Shown piece by piece: positions 21,747 through 33,300 of a stretch of DNA of 64,000 nucleotides; position 1 is the stretch's first letter, and each line of letters begins with the position of its first letter. This DNA is from Elainellaceae cyanobacterium. Lineage in GTDB: Bacteria > Cyanobacteriota > Cyanobacteriia > CAZCXK01. The notes beneath the pieces were generated by a model, which was not told the DNA's origin, ran no database searches, and was given only the letters and a program-made list of their open reading frames with translations. Both the position numbers and the translations under genes were made by a program. The stretch is from the NCBI GenBank assembly GCA_051117555.1, contig JBNPEG010000051.1:12339-76338 (forward strand), in the 5' to 3' direction.

Positions 21747-24068
21747 TTAATAGTCTGCGTCAGCCTCAGATGGCAATAACACCGTCGCTCGCAAAAACTT
21801 GAGACCGTTCACATCTTGAATGGGCTCGATAGTGCCAGATTCAATGTGGCTGGCAATCCATCCTTCTCGAATGAGATATCGCAGATATTCCTGATACTCA
21901 TTGAGTTCTTGCTCAGTCGAATAGACAATCGTTAATTTCCCTGGCTGCGTAATCCGGGTTTGGTGGTGATCGTCAATGGCTTTATCAATGCGCTTTTTGA
22001 CGATTTCATAGCGACTATCGCGGGTGCCTCGCACATCAAATAATCGATCCGTTTCTTCGTCGTGGAAAATATCAACCGTTGTATCTTGCACCAAGATAAG
22101 ATGAGACACCTGCAGGGTGACATCAGACTGTGCTAACAGGAGTGCCGAGCGGGCACAATCACAGACGGCGCGGAGTTGCTCATATCGGAGGCTTTTGAGA
22201 CAGAACGGAGAAAATTGCGGATAAATCGATGCTCCGACATACATCATGTGATCGATGCCATCGGTGACTTCGATATCGCAGTAGTGTGGAATGATGGCCT
22301 GCATCCGCTCTTGCCAGCGCTCCCAAGTCTGTCTTAGGGTGCTGTTGATTCGAGCCAGCATGGCATCATAGCGAGCCCGCGCATTATAAACACAGCCCAG
22401 CTCAGGATTACAAGCAGACTGATAGGCATCAATGGCCGCTTTAGCAGCGGGGCTGTATTGGGCAAAGTGGTCAAAGTAGACCTCCAGGCGATCGCTCAAA
22501 TAACGAATTCCGGTAATCTCGGCATCAACGGTCACCCCCTGCTGGAGACGATGCAGATGGTCGAGCATGTCGAGGTGAATTTGGTGAGTCAACTCACTGG
22601 TATCGTCTTCACAAACTGCTTCGATAACAGCTAACCCCAACCGAAATTGCGTTAATAAATCTGCTTGAATAGCACGATTGCGTTCTGCTGACGAACCCCG
22701 GATATCGGAAATGCCATATAGCGGATACACCTCGTCAAAGACAATAGCTTCGGGAGGTAACCCCCAATTTCGGCGTTCGGCTTCTTTAACAAATCGCCAT
22801 TCGACGGCTGGGTGAATATTGTGGAGCAATCGTCGTTGACGAAGTTGCCGCAGGGCTGCGGTCAATGTCATCGCAAAGACTGGAATCAACTGCTCAGCGT
22901 GGCAACAGTTGAGACCATCAAACTGGTAGGGCTGATTGCTGATTAGACAAACGACCCCAATCGGCTGTTGAGCATCGTGTCTCGATTCGCGGGCATGGGT
23001 CATCAGGGGCATCAGCAGGAGCGATCGCACGCCGAGCGTGAGCAGTCGATGTCCGATGTCGGTGTGGCAGTCTTGGGCAAGGTCAGGCACCGTGAGAATC
23101 TGGTTGGTGGCGATCGCCCTCATCAGGTGAGACTGCTGTAGGGACTGAAACGAATAGTCTCCAATGTCCAAATCTTCGCTCACTGACCCAGCAAACAGCC
23201 GAACTTGTTCACCATCGACGCTGACGATGACCGTATTGTCTGCCCCAAAAAGCTGACGCATTTCATCATTGATCCGCTCAAATTGGCGAGGCTTCAGAAT
23301 CGAATTTTGCTCAATCAGCAGTTGCGTAATCCGGCGGATGCTCTCCTGATCGGTGACATCGACGCCTTCAAGCAGCAAAAAACCATCGGTGCAATAGTTT
23401 GAGAAATCAATCCGCGTGATCATGTCGTCAATACATGCCGGACGAGTCAGATGAATCTGCACCTCTTGGTCAGATAGAGTCTGCAAGCCGAGTTCTGCAA
23501 ATTCATCTCGTTGAGCATCCACGCAGGTTACCTGCAACCGATCTGAGCGCAGCCAGCATCGAATATATCGGACGTTTCGATAGAGTGGACTCTCAATCGT
23601 CAGCAGGATGGGTTCGGTGAGCACGCGACAGACAGATGGCTCAATCTGATAGCGATCGCGCAGGACGCGATACAAAATTTGTTGGTGATATAGCCGTTGA
23701 ATCGCGTCAAAATCACGGCTCGACACCACAGACCGCAGCGGTACACACGGGGCACTCCTGTCATCGAGGGCGATCGCCGAGTAGGAATCATCGTGAGGAG
23801 GCAAGCCCGTTAGCAAGCAAAAAGGATCATTGGCTGTCACAATGCCCAGCGTGTTGGGTGTAATCACGGCTGCAAGCATGTGGCTACACTGCTGAACAGC
23901 ATTGAGCCAGCTCCATGAGAGCATTCGAGGCGATGAGCGAGACCGACCCACATCAGCCGAGTCAGATTGGGGAGACGCCTGCAAGGCAGGGCGATCGCCA
24001 GAGGCGGGATTAGAATCAGGACGATTGTCAGGATTAAACATCAGCTGGGTAGGCTGCATAGGTCGCAT
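21747..24068 (-). CDS. GAF domain-containing protein with a large uncharacterised C-terminal region
   Basis: GAF signature GVRSLLLMPL...PIGVVCL; C-terminal motifs HPAVEWRF, YGISDIRGSS, TDGIDH and RYEIVKKRIDKA. Confidence 0.75.
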   Translation of the reverse strand: MRPMQPTQLMFNPDNRPDSNPASGDRPALQASPQSDSADVGRSRSSPRMLSWSWLNAVQQCSHMLAAVITPNTLGIVTANDPFCLLTGLPPHDDSYSAIALDDRSAPCVPLRSVVSSRDFDAIQRLYHQQILYRVLRDRYQIEPSVCRVLTEPILLTIESPLYRNVRYIRCWLRSDRLQVTCVDAQRDEFAELGLQTLSDQEVQIHLTRPACIDDMITRIDFSNYCTDGFLLLEGVDVTDQESIRRITQLLIEQNSILKPRQFERINDEMRQLFGADNTVIVSVDGEQVRLFAGSVSEDLDIGDYSFQSLQQSHLMRAIATNQILTVPDLAQDCHTDIGHRLLTLGVRSLLLMPLMTHARESRHDAQQPIGVVCLISNQPYQFDGLNCCHAEQLIPVFAMTLTAALRQLRQRRLLHNIHPAVEWRFVKEAERRNWGLPPEAIVFDEVYPLYGISDIRGSSAERNRAIQADLLTQFRLGLAVIEAVCEDDTSELTHQIHLDMLDHLHRLQQGVTVDAEITGIRYLSDRLEVYFDHFAQYSPAAKAAIDAYQSACNPELGCVYNARARYDAMLARINSTLRQTWERWQERMQAIIPHYCDIEVTDGIDHMMYVGASIYPQFSPFCLKSLRYEQLRAVCDCARSALLLAQSDVTLQVSHLILVQDTTVDIFHDEETDRLFDVRGTRDSRYEIVKKRIDKAIDDHHQTRITQPGKLTIVYSTEQELNEYQEYLRYLIREGWIASHIESGTIEPIQDVNGLKFLRATVLLPSEADADY

Positions 24069-24230
24069 GGAAGGAGGAGATGGAGTTGACTATTTCCATT
24101 TCATCCTGGCTTGGCGAGGAGTGCCACCCCTCAAACAGGTCGAATCGTCTGGTAAATACTGATTTCAAGGAATTTTTGATGGGTTGACCGGACCGATTGA
24201 TGATTTTATAAGTGTCTCTTCTGATGTCGG

Positions 24231-24540
24231 GTAAGAATGTCCCGGCTTTAGACGGGGATAGTCTAGCGTCAGATGGGAACGTTCTCGCGTTGGGTAAGGA
24301 TGCTCCGGTGTTGAATGGGAATGCTCTGGCTTGAAGTGAGGCTGTTCTCGTTCTATGTGAGGCTGTTCTCGTTCTATGTGAGGCTGTTTTCGTTCTATGT
24401 GAGGCTGTTCTCGTTCTATGTGAGGCTGTTTTCGTTCTATGTGAGGCTGACCCGGTTTTAAGTGAGGCTGACCTGGTTTTAAGTGAGGCTGACCTGGCTT
24501 GAAGTGAGAATTATCGTGTTCTATGTGAGGACAGTCTCAC
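24231..24540. repeat. 21-bp tandem repeat array, about 15 units including degenerate ones
   Basis: gtgaggctgtt(c/t)tcgttctat x5 from 24336, gtgaggctgacc(c/t)gg..aa x3 from 24441, with period-21 decayed units on both sides. Confidence 0.92.
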
Positions 24541-24856
24541 TGGGAACATGTCACCTTTGCAGATTTGCCCTCATCCCCCAACCCCTGCTTCGCGCGCCCT
24601 ACGGTCTACTTCCAAGCAGGCAGAAGGGGTGCTCGCTGTGCAAGAACGGGGTCGTTTTGTGTGAGCACGATGTCCTTATGAATCGATGGGGAAATATTGG
24701 CTACCTTGTCTCGATGATGCCTGCCAGCGCGACGCGGTTAACCACTCAACACCCCATTGGGGGCGATCGCCTTGCATATCGCTTCACCCCCTCATTACGA
24801 TTAAGAAGCACACCAGACCGATTCTTGGCCTACCAAATCCCAAACCACCGACCTCT

Positions 24857-25075
24857 ATGGCAGACTATCAACGCATCGAGTATCGCATCACCTCAGATGG
24901 CACTGTGACTGAAACGGTGCTGAATGCGACGGGCGCAAGCTGTACAACAACGACATCTGGCATTGAGCACGCCTTGGGTGAGCTTGAATCTCAAGAGCAT
25001 TTGCCCAGCTATTACGAGGGAGATGAACTGCTTTTAGACGATGTCTCCCCATCGTTGAAGAATCAGCAAACCTAG
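24857..25075 (+). CDS. DUF2997 family small protein (72 aa)
   Basis: MADYQRIEYRI..DG.V.E.V....G.SC...T..IE.ALG pattern; start moved from 24686 to ATG 24857. Confidence 0.8.
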   Translation: MADYQRIEYRITSDGTVTETVLNATGASCTTTTSGIEHALGELESQEHLPSYYEGDELLLDDVSPSLKNQQT

Positions 25076-25087
25076 GAGGGAGCCATC

Positions 25088-25618
25088 GTGCACAGTGACT
25101 TAGCCGGATTTGGATGGGTGATTTCCATCGGCGGTATTCTGGTGGCGCTGAGTGCATTGGGGCGCAGGCGTCAATCGTCTCCTCCGTCCGTTTCTGTGTC
25201 TGTCTCTCTGGATGAATATGCGGCCCTTCATGACCAGTGTTTGCGATTAAGAACCGAACTCGAACGCCAAAAAAATTTCATCTGTGATGACATGCGAGAT
25301 GCCACGTTTGACCAGTTGCAGTCGCTATTGGTGAGCTATCCAACCGTCCGTAAACTGGTTCAAGATAATCCTGACCTGCCTGCTAAAAACGTGACAGCTC
25401 TGTTTACACCGTTAGAAAATGTTGTGAGAACGTGGGGCTATGATCCAATCGGAACGCCGTGGGAGCAAGTTGCCTATGATCCTCAACTGCATCACGCTGA
25501 TGCGGATGATGTTGAGGTAGGTGAGCCAGTGTACGTTCGGTTTGTAGGCTATCGTCAGGGCGATCGCATCGTGTGTCCTGCTAAGGTCAGCCGCACTCTA
25601 CCGCACATGACGACATGA
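25088..25618 (+). CDS. GrpE-like protein with an N-terminal membrane anchor
   Basis: GGAGG RBS, N-terminal TM, coiled coil, YDPQLH and VGY..GDRI.CPAKV GrpE head-like motifs. Confidence 0.75.
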   Translation: MHSDLAGFGWVISIGGILVALSALGRRRQSSPPSVSVSVSLDEYAALHDQCLRLRTELERQKNFICDDMRDATFDQLQSLLVSYPTVRKLVQDNPDLPAKNVTALFTPLENVVRTWGYDPIGTPWEQVAYDPQLHHADADDVEVGEPVYVRFVGYRQGDRIVCPAKVSRTLPHMTT

Positions 25619-25631
25619 ATGGGGCGTTGAC

Positions 25632-27212
25632 ATGACCAATCTGCCAATCGCCATCGATTTTGGCACCAGCAACACGGTTGTTAGCATCCTTGAGCCTGAC
25701 ACCCAGACTGCTAAGACGCTGAGATTTCCAGGACTGTCGCGGGTATTTCGCCTAACCGCAGCCAACGGAGAGCCGCAAACGATTCCGGTGGTGCCGTCTT
25801 TAGTTGTGGTGAAAGAACCAAATCACCTGGTATTTGGAGAGCAGGTGCGATCGCAGCGATTGGAGTTCTCACACCCCAACCGGCTGTTTAAACACTTCAA
25901 ACGCGATCTAGCCGCTGATTTTCAACCCCCGCCGCGATCGCTTGACGGGCAGATCTATAGTGCTGAGGCCATTTCAGAGCAGTTTATTCACCATATTTGG
26001 GCACAGTTGAAACCCCTTGGCATTACTCCGTCAGCGGTGACGTTTACGGTTCCAGTGGGGGCATTTGAGCGATATCTTGACTGGTTTCGAGACATTGCCG
26101 CCTCATTGGATATTTCAACGGTTCATCTAGTGGATGAATCGACCGCAGCAGCGCTGGGCTATGCGGTTCAGCATCCCGGATCGATAGTGCTCGTGATTGA
26201 TTTTGGAGGCGGCACGCTCGATTTAAGTCTAGTTCGCACGGCTGTCACGCCAGGGGCGACCGTCCAGCGGGCAACCGTTTTAGCAAAGGCCGATGCCTAC
26301 ATAGGCGGCGAAGATTTAGACATCTGGATTGTGGAAGACTATTTGCTCCAGCAGCAACTGTCCCGAGAGGACATCGGTGAGATTGGCTGGCAAACGCTGT
26401 TAGCACTCGCCGAACGGCTCAAGATTCGGGTGTCGAGCGTGACTGAGGCAGCCGAAAGCTGGTTTGATGACAACACGCTTACAGCCTATGAGATGCGCCT
26501 GACCCGCGATCGCCTCGACGATATTCTGGAAGCCAATCAGTGTTTAGAGCAGTTTCGACACGCGCTCGATGATGTGTTGGCGATCGCCCTAGGGAAAGGC
26601 ATCAGTAAAACCGATATCGAACAGGTGCTGTTGGTTGGAGGGAGTTGCCTTATTCCCGCTGTGCAGCAGCTTGTGCTCTCGTACTTTGGGCGGCAACGAG
26701 TCAAGGTTGACAAACCCTTTGAGGCCGTGGCGCATGGTGCTCTAGCGTTGAGTCAGCTTCAGACGATTGACGACTATCTGCATCACAGTTACGCAATTCG
26801 TCTCTGGGAACCGTATGCAAAAACCTATTCCTACTATCCATTATTTGAGCGGGGCACCCAGTATCCTGCAATTCGGCTAGAGCCGCTGATTCTGCAAGCT
26901 GCTATCGACGGTCAGCACGACATTCGCCTAGACATTGGAGAAGTCGCAGAATCGTCTCATGCCGAAGTTGCCTACGACGCTCAAGGGCGGATGATGAGCC
27001 GTACCCTCCATCGACGCGAATCCTATCGTTCTCTCAACACCGACAGAAATGAAGTCTGTGTGGCGCACCTAGCCCCACCTGGGCAAATCGGCGTCGACCG
27101 CATCTCTGTTCAGTTTGAAGTCAACGATCAGCGAGTGTTGGTGGCCACGGTAAAAGATTTGCTCACTGGAACAGTGTTGGTCGAGCAAGGGGCGATCGCC
27201 ACGCTCAGCTAA
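25632..27212 (+). CDS. Atypical Hsp70-family protein (526 aa, no helical lid)
   Basis: AIDFGTSN, DESTAAALGY, IDFGGGTLD and LVGGS..IP; ends just after an SBD-beta-like ISVQFEVN..RVL.ATVKD. Confidence 0.88.
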   Translation: MTNLPIAIDFGTSNTVVSILEPDTQTAKTLRFPGLSRVFRLTAANGEPQTIPVVPSLVVVKEPNHLVFGEQVRSQRLEFSHPNRLFKHFKRDLAADFQPPPRSLDGQIYSAEAISEQFIHHIWAQLKPLGITPSAVTFTVPVGAFERYLDWFRDIAASLDISTVHLVDESTAAALGYAVQHPGSIVLVIDFGGGTLDLSLVRTAVTPGATVQRATVLAKADAYIGGEDLDIWIVEDYLLQQQLSREDIGEIGWQTLLALAERLKIRVSSVTEAAESWFDDNTLTAYEMRLTRDRLDDILEANQCLEQFRHALDDVLAIALGKGISKTDIEQVLLVGGSCLIPAVQQLVLSYFGRQRVKVDKPFEAVAHGALALSQLQTIDDYLHHSYAIRLWEPYAKTYSYYPLFERGTQYPAIRLEPLILQAAIDGQHDIRLDIGEVAESSHAEVAYDAQGRMMSRTLHRRESYRSLNTDRNEVCVAHLAPPGQIGVDRISVQFEVNDQRVLVATVKDLLTGTVLVEQGAIATLS

Positions 27213-27261
27213 TCAAGCCCCCACGAATCGATATGCTCCACCAATCAAGACGCTCAACCCC

Positions 27262-28203
27262 CTAGGCAAATGATTCAATCAACAACGATTCAATCTGTTG
27301 AGGCGTCAATTCTTCAATCGTGTTGAGAACGATCGCAGCCCCTGCTGCCTTTAGCCGCGCCGCATACGACTCTCGATACTCCGGCGGATGATGGGCATGG
27401 GGCGGCAAAATGCCGACGCCAATCCACGGACGAGACGCATCGATGTGATTAGCATGCCTGACCGTTTGCAAATCAGCTACGGTGTCTCCTGCATAAAAAA
27501 CAGGTGCGGGGCTATCGATGTGATATCGTGCTTCGAGTTGCTTAACCGTCTTCAGCAGCCCCGCCGGATCGGGCTTGCTGGGCGCGTCTTCCATTGCAAT
27601 CAAAACTGGGTCATGCAGTTTCAACCGAGTCTCCAAGACGAAGCGGGCTGACGCTGCGGTTGCTCCGCTAAAAAATCCCCATGCAATCCCTGCTTGACTA
27701 AGATTTTCAAGGTAACTCACCTGAAGTAATAGAGGTTCATCACAGATGTAGCCTGTCCACTGAGTCTCATCAGGGCCTCGATAGCGGCGTTGAAAAAATG
27801 CTACCAGCGCATCGTACTCTAATTTGAGCTGCGATCGCGGCCTGCCCTGTGTCTCAAAATAGCGATAGATCAATTCTTGAGAGGCGTCCCAGTCATTATT
27901 CCAGATACCCTCCGCTTTAAGGGCGTCGATGTCTGATTGCGAGGGGCGATAGGCGCCATCTGTGAAGTGTTCGACCGTATCTGCGATCGCCCGTCGATAT
28001 GAACCGCTTACGTCCCGGATTACACCGTCAATATCAAAGATAACGATGGTGGCTGGCGAAATATCATGAAATGATTCTCGGCGTTTGCTCAAGCGTGGTG
28101 CCTCCTGATGCGTTTGGCTAGGACTCAGTGAGTCAAATGACAAGTCAGATGACGAATTCAGAGGATGCTGGACAGTCATACTAGGCGATCGCACCCACCC
28201 CAT
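27262..28203 (-). CDS. HAD-superfamily hydrolase, TIGR01548-like
   Basis: FDIDGVIRDV..SYRRA, WNNDW, KPDP and GDTVAD motifs; true start may be downstream of 28203. Confidence 0.88.
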   Translation of the reverse strand: MGWVRSPSMTVQHPLNSSSDLSFDSLSPSQTHQEAPRLSKRRESFHDISPATIVIFDIDGVIRDVSGSYRRAIADTVEHFTDGAYRPSQSDIDALKAEGIWNNDWDASQELIYRYFETQGRPRSQLKLEYDALVAFFQRRYRGPDETQWTGYICDEPLLLQVSYLENLSQAGIAWGFFSGATAASARFVLETRLKLHDPVLIAMEDAPSKPDPAGLLKTVKQLEARYHIDSPAPVFYAGDTVADLQTVRHANHIDASRPWIGVGILPPHAHHPPEYRESYAARLKAAGAAIVLNTIEELTPQQIESLLIESFA

Positions 28204-28256
28204 CTAGCTTGAAACCTAGACTGCCTTCTTAAACACAGAAATTAAATAATTTAATA

Positions 28257-28344
28257 TATAGCAATCTCAGATGAGTTGTAGGCAGTGGAGCGGCGCCCGC
28301 CCCACCGCTCACACACAATTCACAAGCGATTTAGGATCGCTATA
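28257..28344 (+). repeat. TATAG-bounded hairpin element, family A
   Basis: tatagcaatctcagatgagttgt...acacacaattcacaagcgatttaggatcgctata; right arm identical to those at 52709-52803 and 40235-40328 (reverse). Confidence 0.9.
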
Positions 28345-28489
28345 GCAATCTCAGAGGATATTACATCAGGCGATCGCAAGAATTTAGCAATCCTCATTAG
28401 GAATCCTTTAGCAATCTCGCCAAACCATGCCCTAGAATAGTGGGTTGTACACTAAGAGAAAGATTTGGGGCGAAAACGTGGAGGTATCC

Positions 28490-28789
28490 TTGTCAAAATT
28501 TATCTTAAAGGTTCTCTGGTTAGAGGAGAATGTGGCGATCGCTGTTGACCAGGTTGTTGGCAAGGGCACAAGTCCGCTTACATCTTACTTTTTCTGGCCT
28601 CGGAACGATGCTTGGGAACAGTTGAAGTCTGAATTGGAATCCAAGCACTGGATTTCCGATGTTGACCGAGTCGATTTGCTCAACCAGGCAACAGAAATTA
28701 TTAACTATTGGCAAGAAGGAGGAAAACGTCGCCCAATGTCTGATGCTCAAGCTAAGTTTCCGAATATTGTCTTTACTGGAAGCGCCTAA
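28490..28789 (+). CDS. ycf65: 30S ribosomal protein PSRP-3 (Ycf65)
   Basis: [17 protein letters not shown]...SPLT.YFFWPR.DAWE; GGAGG precedes TTG at 28490. Confidence 0.93.
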   Translation: MSKFILKVLWLEENVAIAVDQVVGKGTSPLTSYFFWPRNDAWEQLKSELESKHWISDVDRVDLLNQATEIINYWQEGGKRRPMSDAQAKFPNIVFTGSA

Positions 28790-29068
28790 CAGGGGCGATC
28801 GGCACTATATTCTTACGGCTGTGTGCACCGATGAGCAATATGCTTAACACGGCTTAGAGTCAGATTTCTAGGGCATCTTGCTAACCATTCAGCAGAGATT
28901 TCCATACGATTCTCGGATTTTGAATTCTTCGGATTTCGAATTCTAACGACACAGCGACGAACGTGTCTAGACGAACGTGTTTAGACACATAGCATGGCAG
29001 AGCAAGCAGACGGCTGTTGCTGTATGTGGCTGTCGCTGTATTCCGATGATTTTTGATATTCGAGTTCT

Positions 29069-29102
29069 AAAAAAGGCGCCAACTTCAATTGGCGCCTTTT
29101 TT
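29069..29102. terminator. Bidirectional intrinsic terminator between ycf65 and atpC
   Basis: aaaaaaggcgccaa-cttcaa-ttggcgcctttttt. Confidence 0.9.
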
Positions 29103-29118
29103 AGTGAGATTTTTTACT

Positions 29119-29526
29119 TTATACAGTTCCGCCAGAGGCTTGAAGCCTCGCTCTGGCGCGCTTTAGCGCTTGAGCTGCTTGTAATTTCTCTTGGCGATTG
29201 TCACTGGACGCTTGATTAAATCGTTGTTCGGCTTCTTTATAGGCTGACTGTGCGGATGTCCGATCAATCGAATCCCCTCTTTCTGCACCGTTTACGAGAA
29301 TGGTGAGTTCGTCATTTTCAACTTCGGCAAATCCACCCATTAGGGCGATCGCCACCCAATCCTTTTCAGCACGAACCCGCATGACTCCAGTATCGAGGGC
29401 AGTTAGGAGGGGAGCATGTCCACTCAAAATTCCCAATTGCCCTGTGGTGCTTGGAAGAATGACCTCCTCAGCCGCAGAATCCCACACAGTCTTATCAGGA
29501 GAAACAACGCGAACAGTTAATGCCAT
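29119..29526 (-). CDS. atpC: ATP synthase F1 epsilon subunit
   Basis: [20 protein letters not shown] and MGGFAEV motifs; downstream of the beta subunit gene. Confidence 0.97.
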   Translation of the reverse strand: MALTVRVVSPDKTVWDSAAEEVILPSTTGQLGILSGHAPLLTALDTGVMRVRAEKDWVAIALMGGFAEVENDELTILVNGAERGDSIDRTSAQSAYKEAEQRFNQASSDNRQEKLQAAQALKRARARLQASGGTV

Positions 29527-29660
29527 AGTTAGCTCGTCAACTCAGTAGGGTCAAAATAACGGCGGACATCAGCTTCAATCAACAATTAACAACGAGAAGG
29601 CTAACCATCTACGATCAATGATTAGCCTCTCAGAGCTAATAGCTGATCACACTGAATTGT

Positions 29661-31190
<1,530 letters not shown>

Positions 31191-31499
31191 TTATCACCCA
31201 ACGTAAAGCTTAGCGAAGGATTCGTGGCGGCAACCCGAAAAAATATCACGATTTAGCCTCTGTATATGAACTATGAATGGGGCGATCGCCTCTATTCATG
31301 GCAATTAACAGCAATATAGATTAAGGATATAAGCGTCTCTGGCGCGAATGCACGATAGGTTCCGACGATTGCGACATTGAAATCTATAATTTATAGAGGG
31401 TTGAACAGCATTCTTACGAACGTCGAAGCAGCATTGCTTGAACTGTTTCGTATTGGGCTGTGACTCGAATTGTTGCCTCATTGTTTTTTTGCCATTGCC

Positions 31500-32876
31500 A
31501 TGACCACTCCCGATCGCCGCTTTCATATCACAACGTTTGGCTGCCAAATGAACAAAGCCGATTCCGAACGAATGGCAGGTATTTTGGAGGGCATGGGGTT
31601 TCAGTGGTCAGAAACTCCAGATAATGCAGATGTCATTCTCTATAACACCTGTACAATTCGAGATAACGCCGAGCAAAAGGTGTATTCCTATCTGGGGCGG
31701 CAAGCCAAACGGAAGCATGAGCAGCCTAACTTGACGCTTATTGTCGCGGGCTGTGTTGCTCAGCAAGAGGGAGAATCGCTATTGCGACGTGTCCCTGAAT
31801 TAGACCTAGTGATGGGACCTCAACACGCAAATCGCCTACAAGATTTGCTAGAGCAAGTATTTGGTGGCAACCAGATTGTTGCCACAGAACCAATTCATAT
31901 TGTCGAAGACATCACAAAACCTCGCCGGGATAGTACTGTAACGGCATGGGTCAACGTTATTTATGGTTGCAACGAACGCTGCACCTATTGTGTGGTGCCA
32001 AATGTGCGAGGAGTAGAACAATCTCGTACACCCGAAGCGATTCGCACTGAAATTGAAGAACTGGGGCGACGTGGATACAAGGAGATTACTCTTCTAGGGC
32101 AAAATATCGATGCCTATGGCAGGGATCTACCAGGAACAACTGCCGACGGTCGACATCGACACACCCTCACAGACTTGCTTTACTACATTCATGACGTTCC
32201 TGGCATTGAACGCATTCGATTTGCGACGAGTCATCCCCGCTATTTTACTGAACGGTTGATTCGTGCGTGTGCTGAGTTGCCCAAAGTTTGTGAACATTTT
32301 CATATCCCATTTCAATCTGGGGATAATGAGATTCTCAAGGCGATGGCGCGGGGCTATACTCACGAAAAATATCGGCGCATTATTCATAAAATTCGGGATT
32401 ATATGCCCGATGCAGCCATCAGTGCGGATGCCATTGTGGGTTTTCCTGGCGAAACAGATGACCAGTTTGAAAATACGCTAAAGCTGGTAGACGATATTGG
32501 CTTTGATCAGCTCAACACCGCGGCCTACTCGCCGCGTCCTGGTACTCCTGCTGCCAAGTGGGAAACTCAGCTTCCAGAAATAGTGAAGAGCGATCGCCTC
32601 CAACGACTCAACCATTTAGTTTCCATTAAAGCGGCTGAACGATCGCAGCGATATCGCGGGCGGATTGAAGAAGTCTTAGTCGAAGATCAAAACCCTAAAG
32701 ACGCGACCCAGGTGATGGGGCGCACACGGGGCAATCGACTGACCTTTTTTGAAGGAGATGCGGCGACGCTCAAGGGGCAGTTGGTTACCGTTACAATCAC
32801 CGAAGCTCGCGCATTCAGCCTAACCGGAGATGGTGTTAAACACGAAAGTCGTCAGCCAACAGTTTTGAAATGCTGA
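31500..32876 (+). CDS. miaB: tRNA (i6A37) methylthiotransferase
   Basis: [19 protein letters not shown], radical [11 protein letters not shown] and a TRAM C-terminus; start set at ATG 31500. Confidence 0.96.
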   Translation: MTTPDRRFHITTFGCQMNKADSERMAGILEGMGFQWSETPDNADVILYNTCTIRDNAEQKVYSYLGRQAKRKHEQPNLTLIVAGCVAQQEGESLLRRVPELDLVMGPQHANRLQDLLEQVFGGNQIVATEPIHIVEDITKPRRDSTVTAWVNVIYGCNERCTYCVVPNVRGVEQSRTPEAIRTEIEELGRRGYKEITLLGQNIDAYGRDLPGTTADGRHRHTLTDLLYYIHDVPGIERIRFATSHPRYFTERLIRACAELPKVCEHFHIPFQSGDNEILKAMARGYTHEKYRRIIHKIRDYMPDAAISADAIVGFPGETDDQFENTLKLVDDIGFDQLNTAAYSPRPGTPAAKWETQLPEIVKSDRLQRLNHLVSIKAAERSQRYRGRIEEVLVEDQNPKDATQVMGRTRGNRLTFFEGDAATLKGQLVTVTITEARAFSLTGDGVKHESRQPTVLKC

Positions 32877-32956
32877 TGATGTCAGAAATTAGTTGAATCT
32901 ACTGAGGCTCTCAGCAGAATTTAATGAATTAAAAATTACAGGCGATTCTCAGTCGT

Positions 32957-33051
32957 TATAGCCCTACGGGCTCAGGTTTGTGTAGTAAGCCCCCGCGCCG
33001 CAGGCTTACTACATGTTCTTCAACGTCCTAACGCGAGAGCGTACGGCTATA
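32957..33051 (+). repeat. TATAG-bounded hairpin element, family C
   Basis: Terminal IR tatagccctacg/cgtacggctata; central hairpin tgtagtaagcc...ggcttactaca. Confidence 0.88.
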
Positions 33052-33300
33052 GATTCGGAATTAGATCGGAAGGCGATTGCGTGAAAATTCGCACTATCTT
33101 CGCTTCGAGTGCTTGGTTTTGGTTGATTCTTGAAGATTTCACTGAGATCAGGCAGTAAATAGAGTCGTAATTTCTACATTGATATGTGCTGCTTTCGCTT
33201 GCTAAGACTAAGTCATCTCTGCAAGGAGGGCCTGCTTCGGTTTTTAGAGTCAGTTTGGGATGACTATTAACAGCGCAATCGTTAAGAGACCTCATCAGCA

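Noticed and set aside
24336..24524. Possible CRISPR array
   Set aside because: The 21-bp units are directly adjacent with no unique spacers, and there are no cas genes in the window
24483..24908. 141-aa plus-strand ORF and the long N-terminal extension of the DUF2997 ORF
   Set aside because: They run through repeat DNA with no protein-like features; the DUF2997 pattern starts at ATG 24857
28956..28988. Short duplications (gacgaacgtgtcta x2; also agtacaaaatcc at 63608-63637)
   Set aside because: Two to three copies only, consistent with replication slippage; no evidence of function
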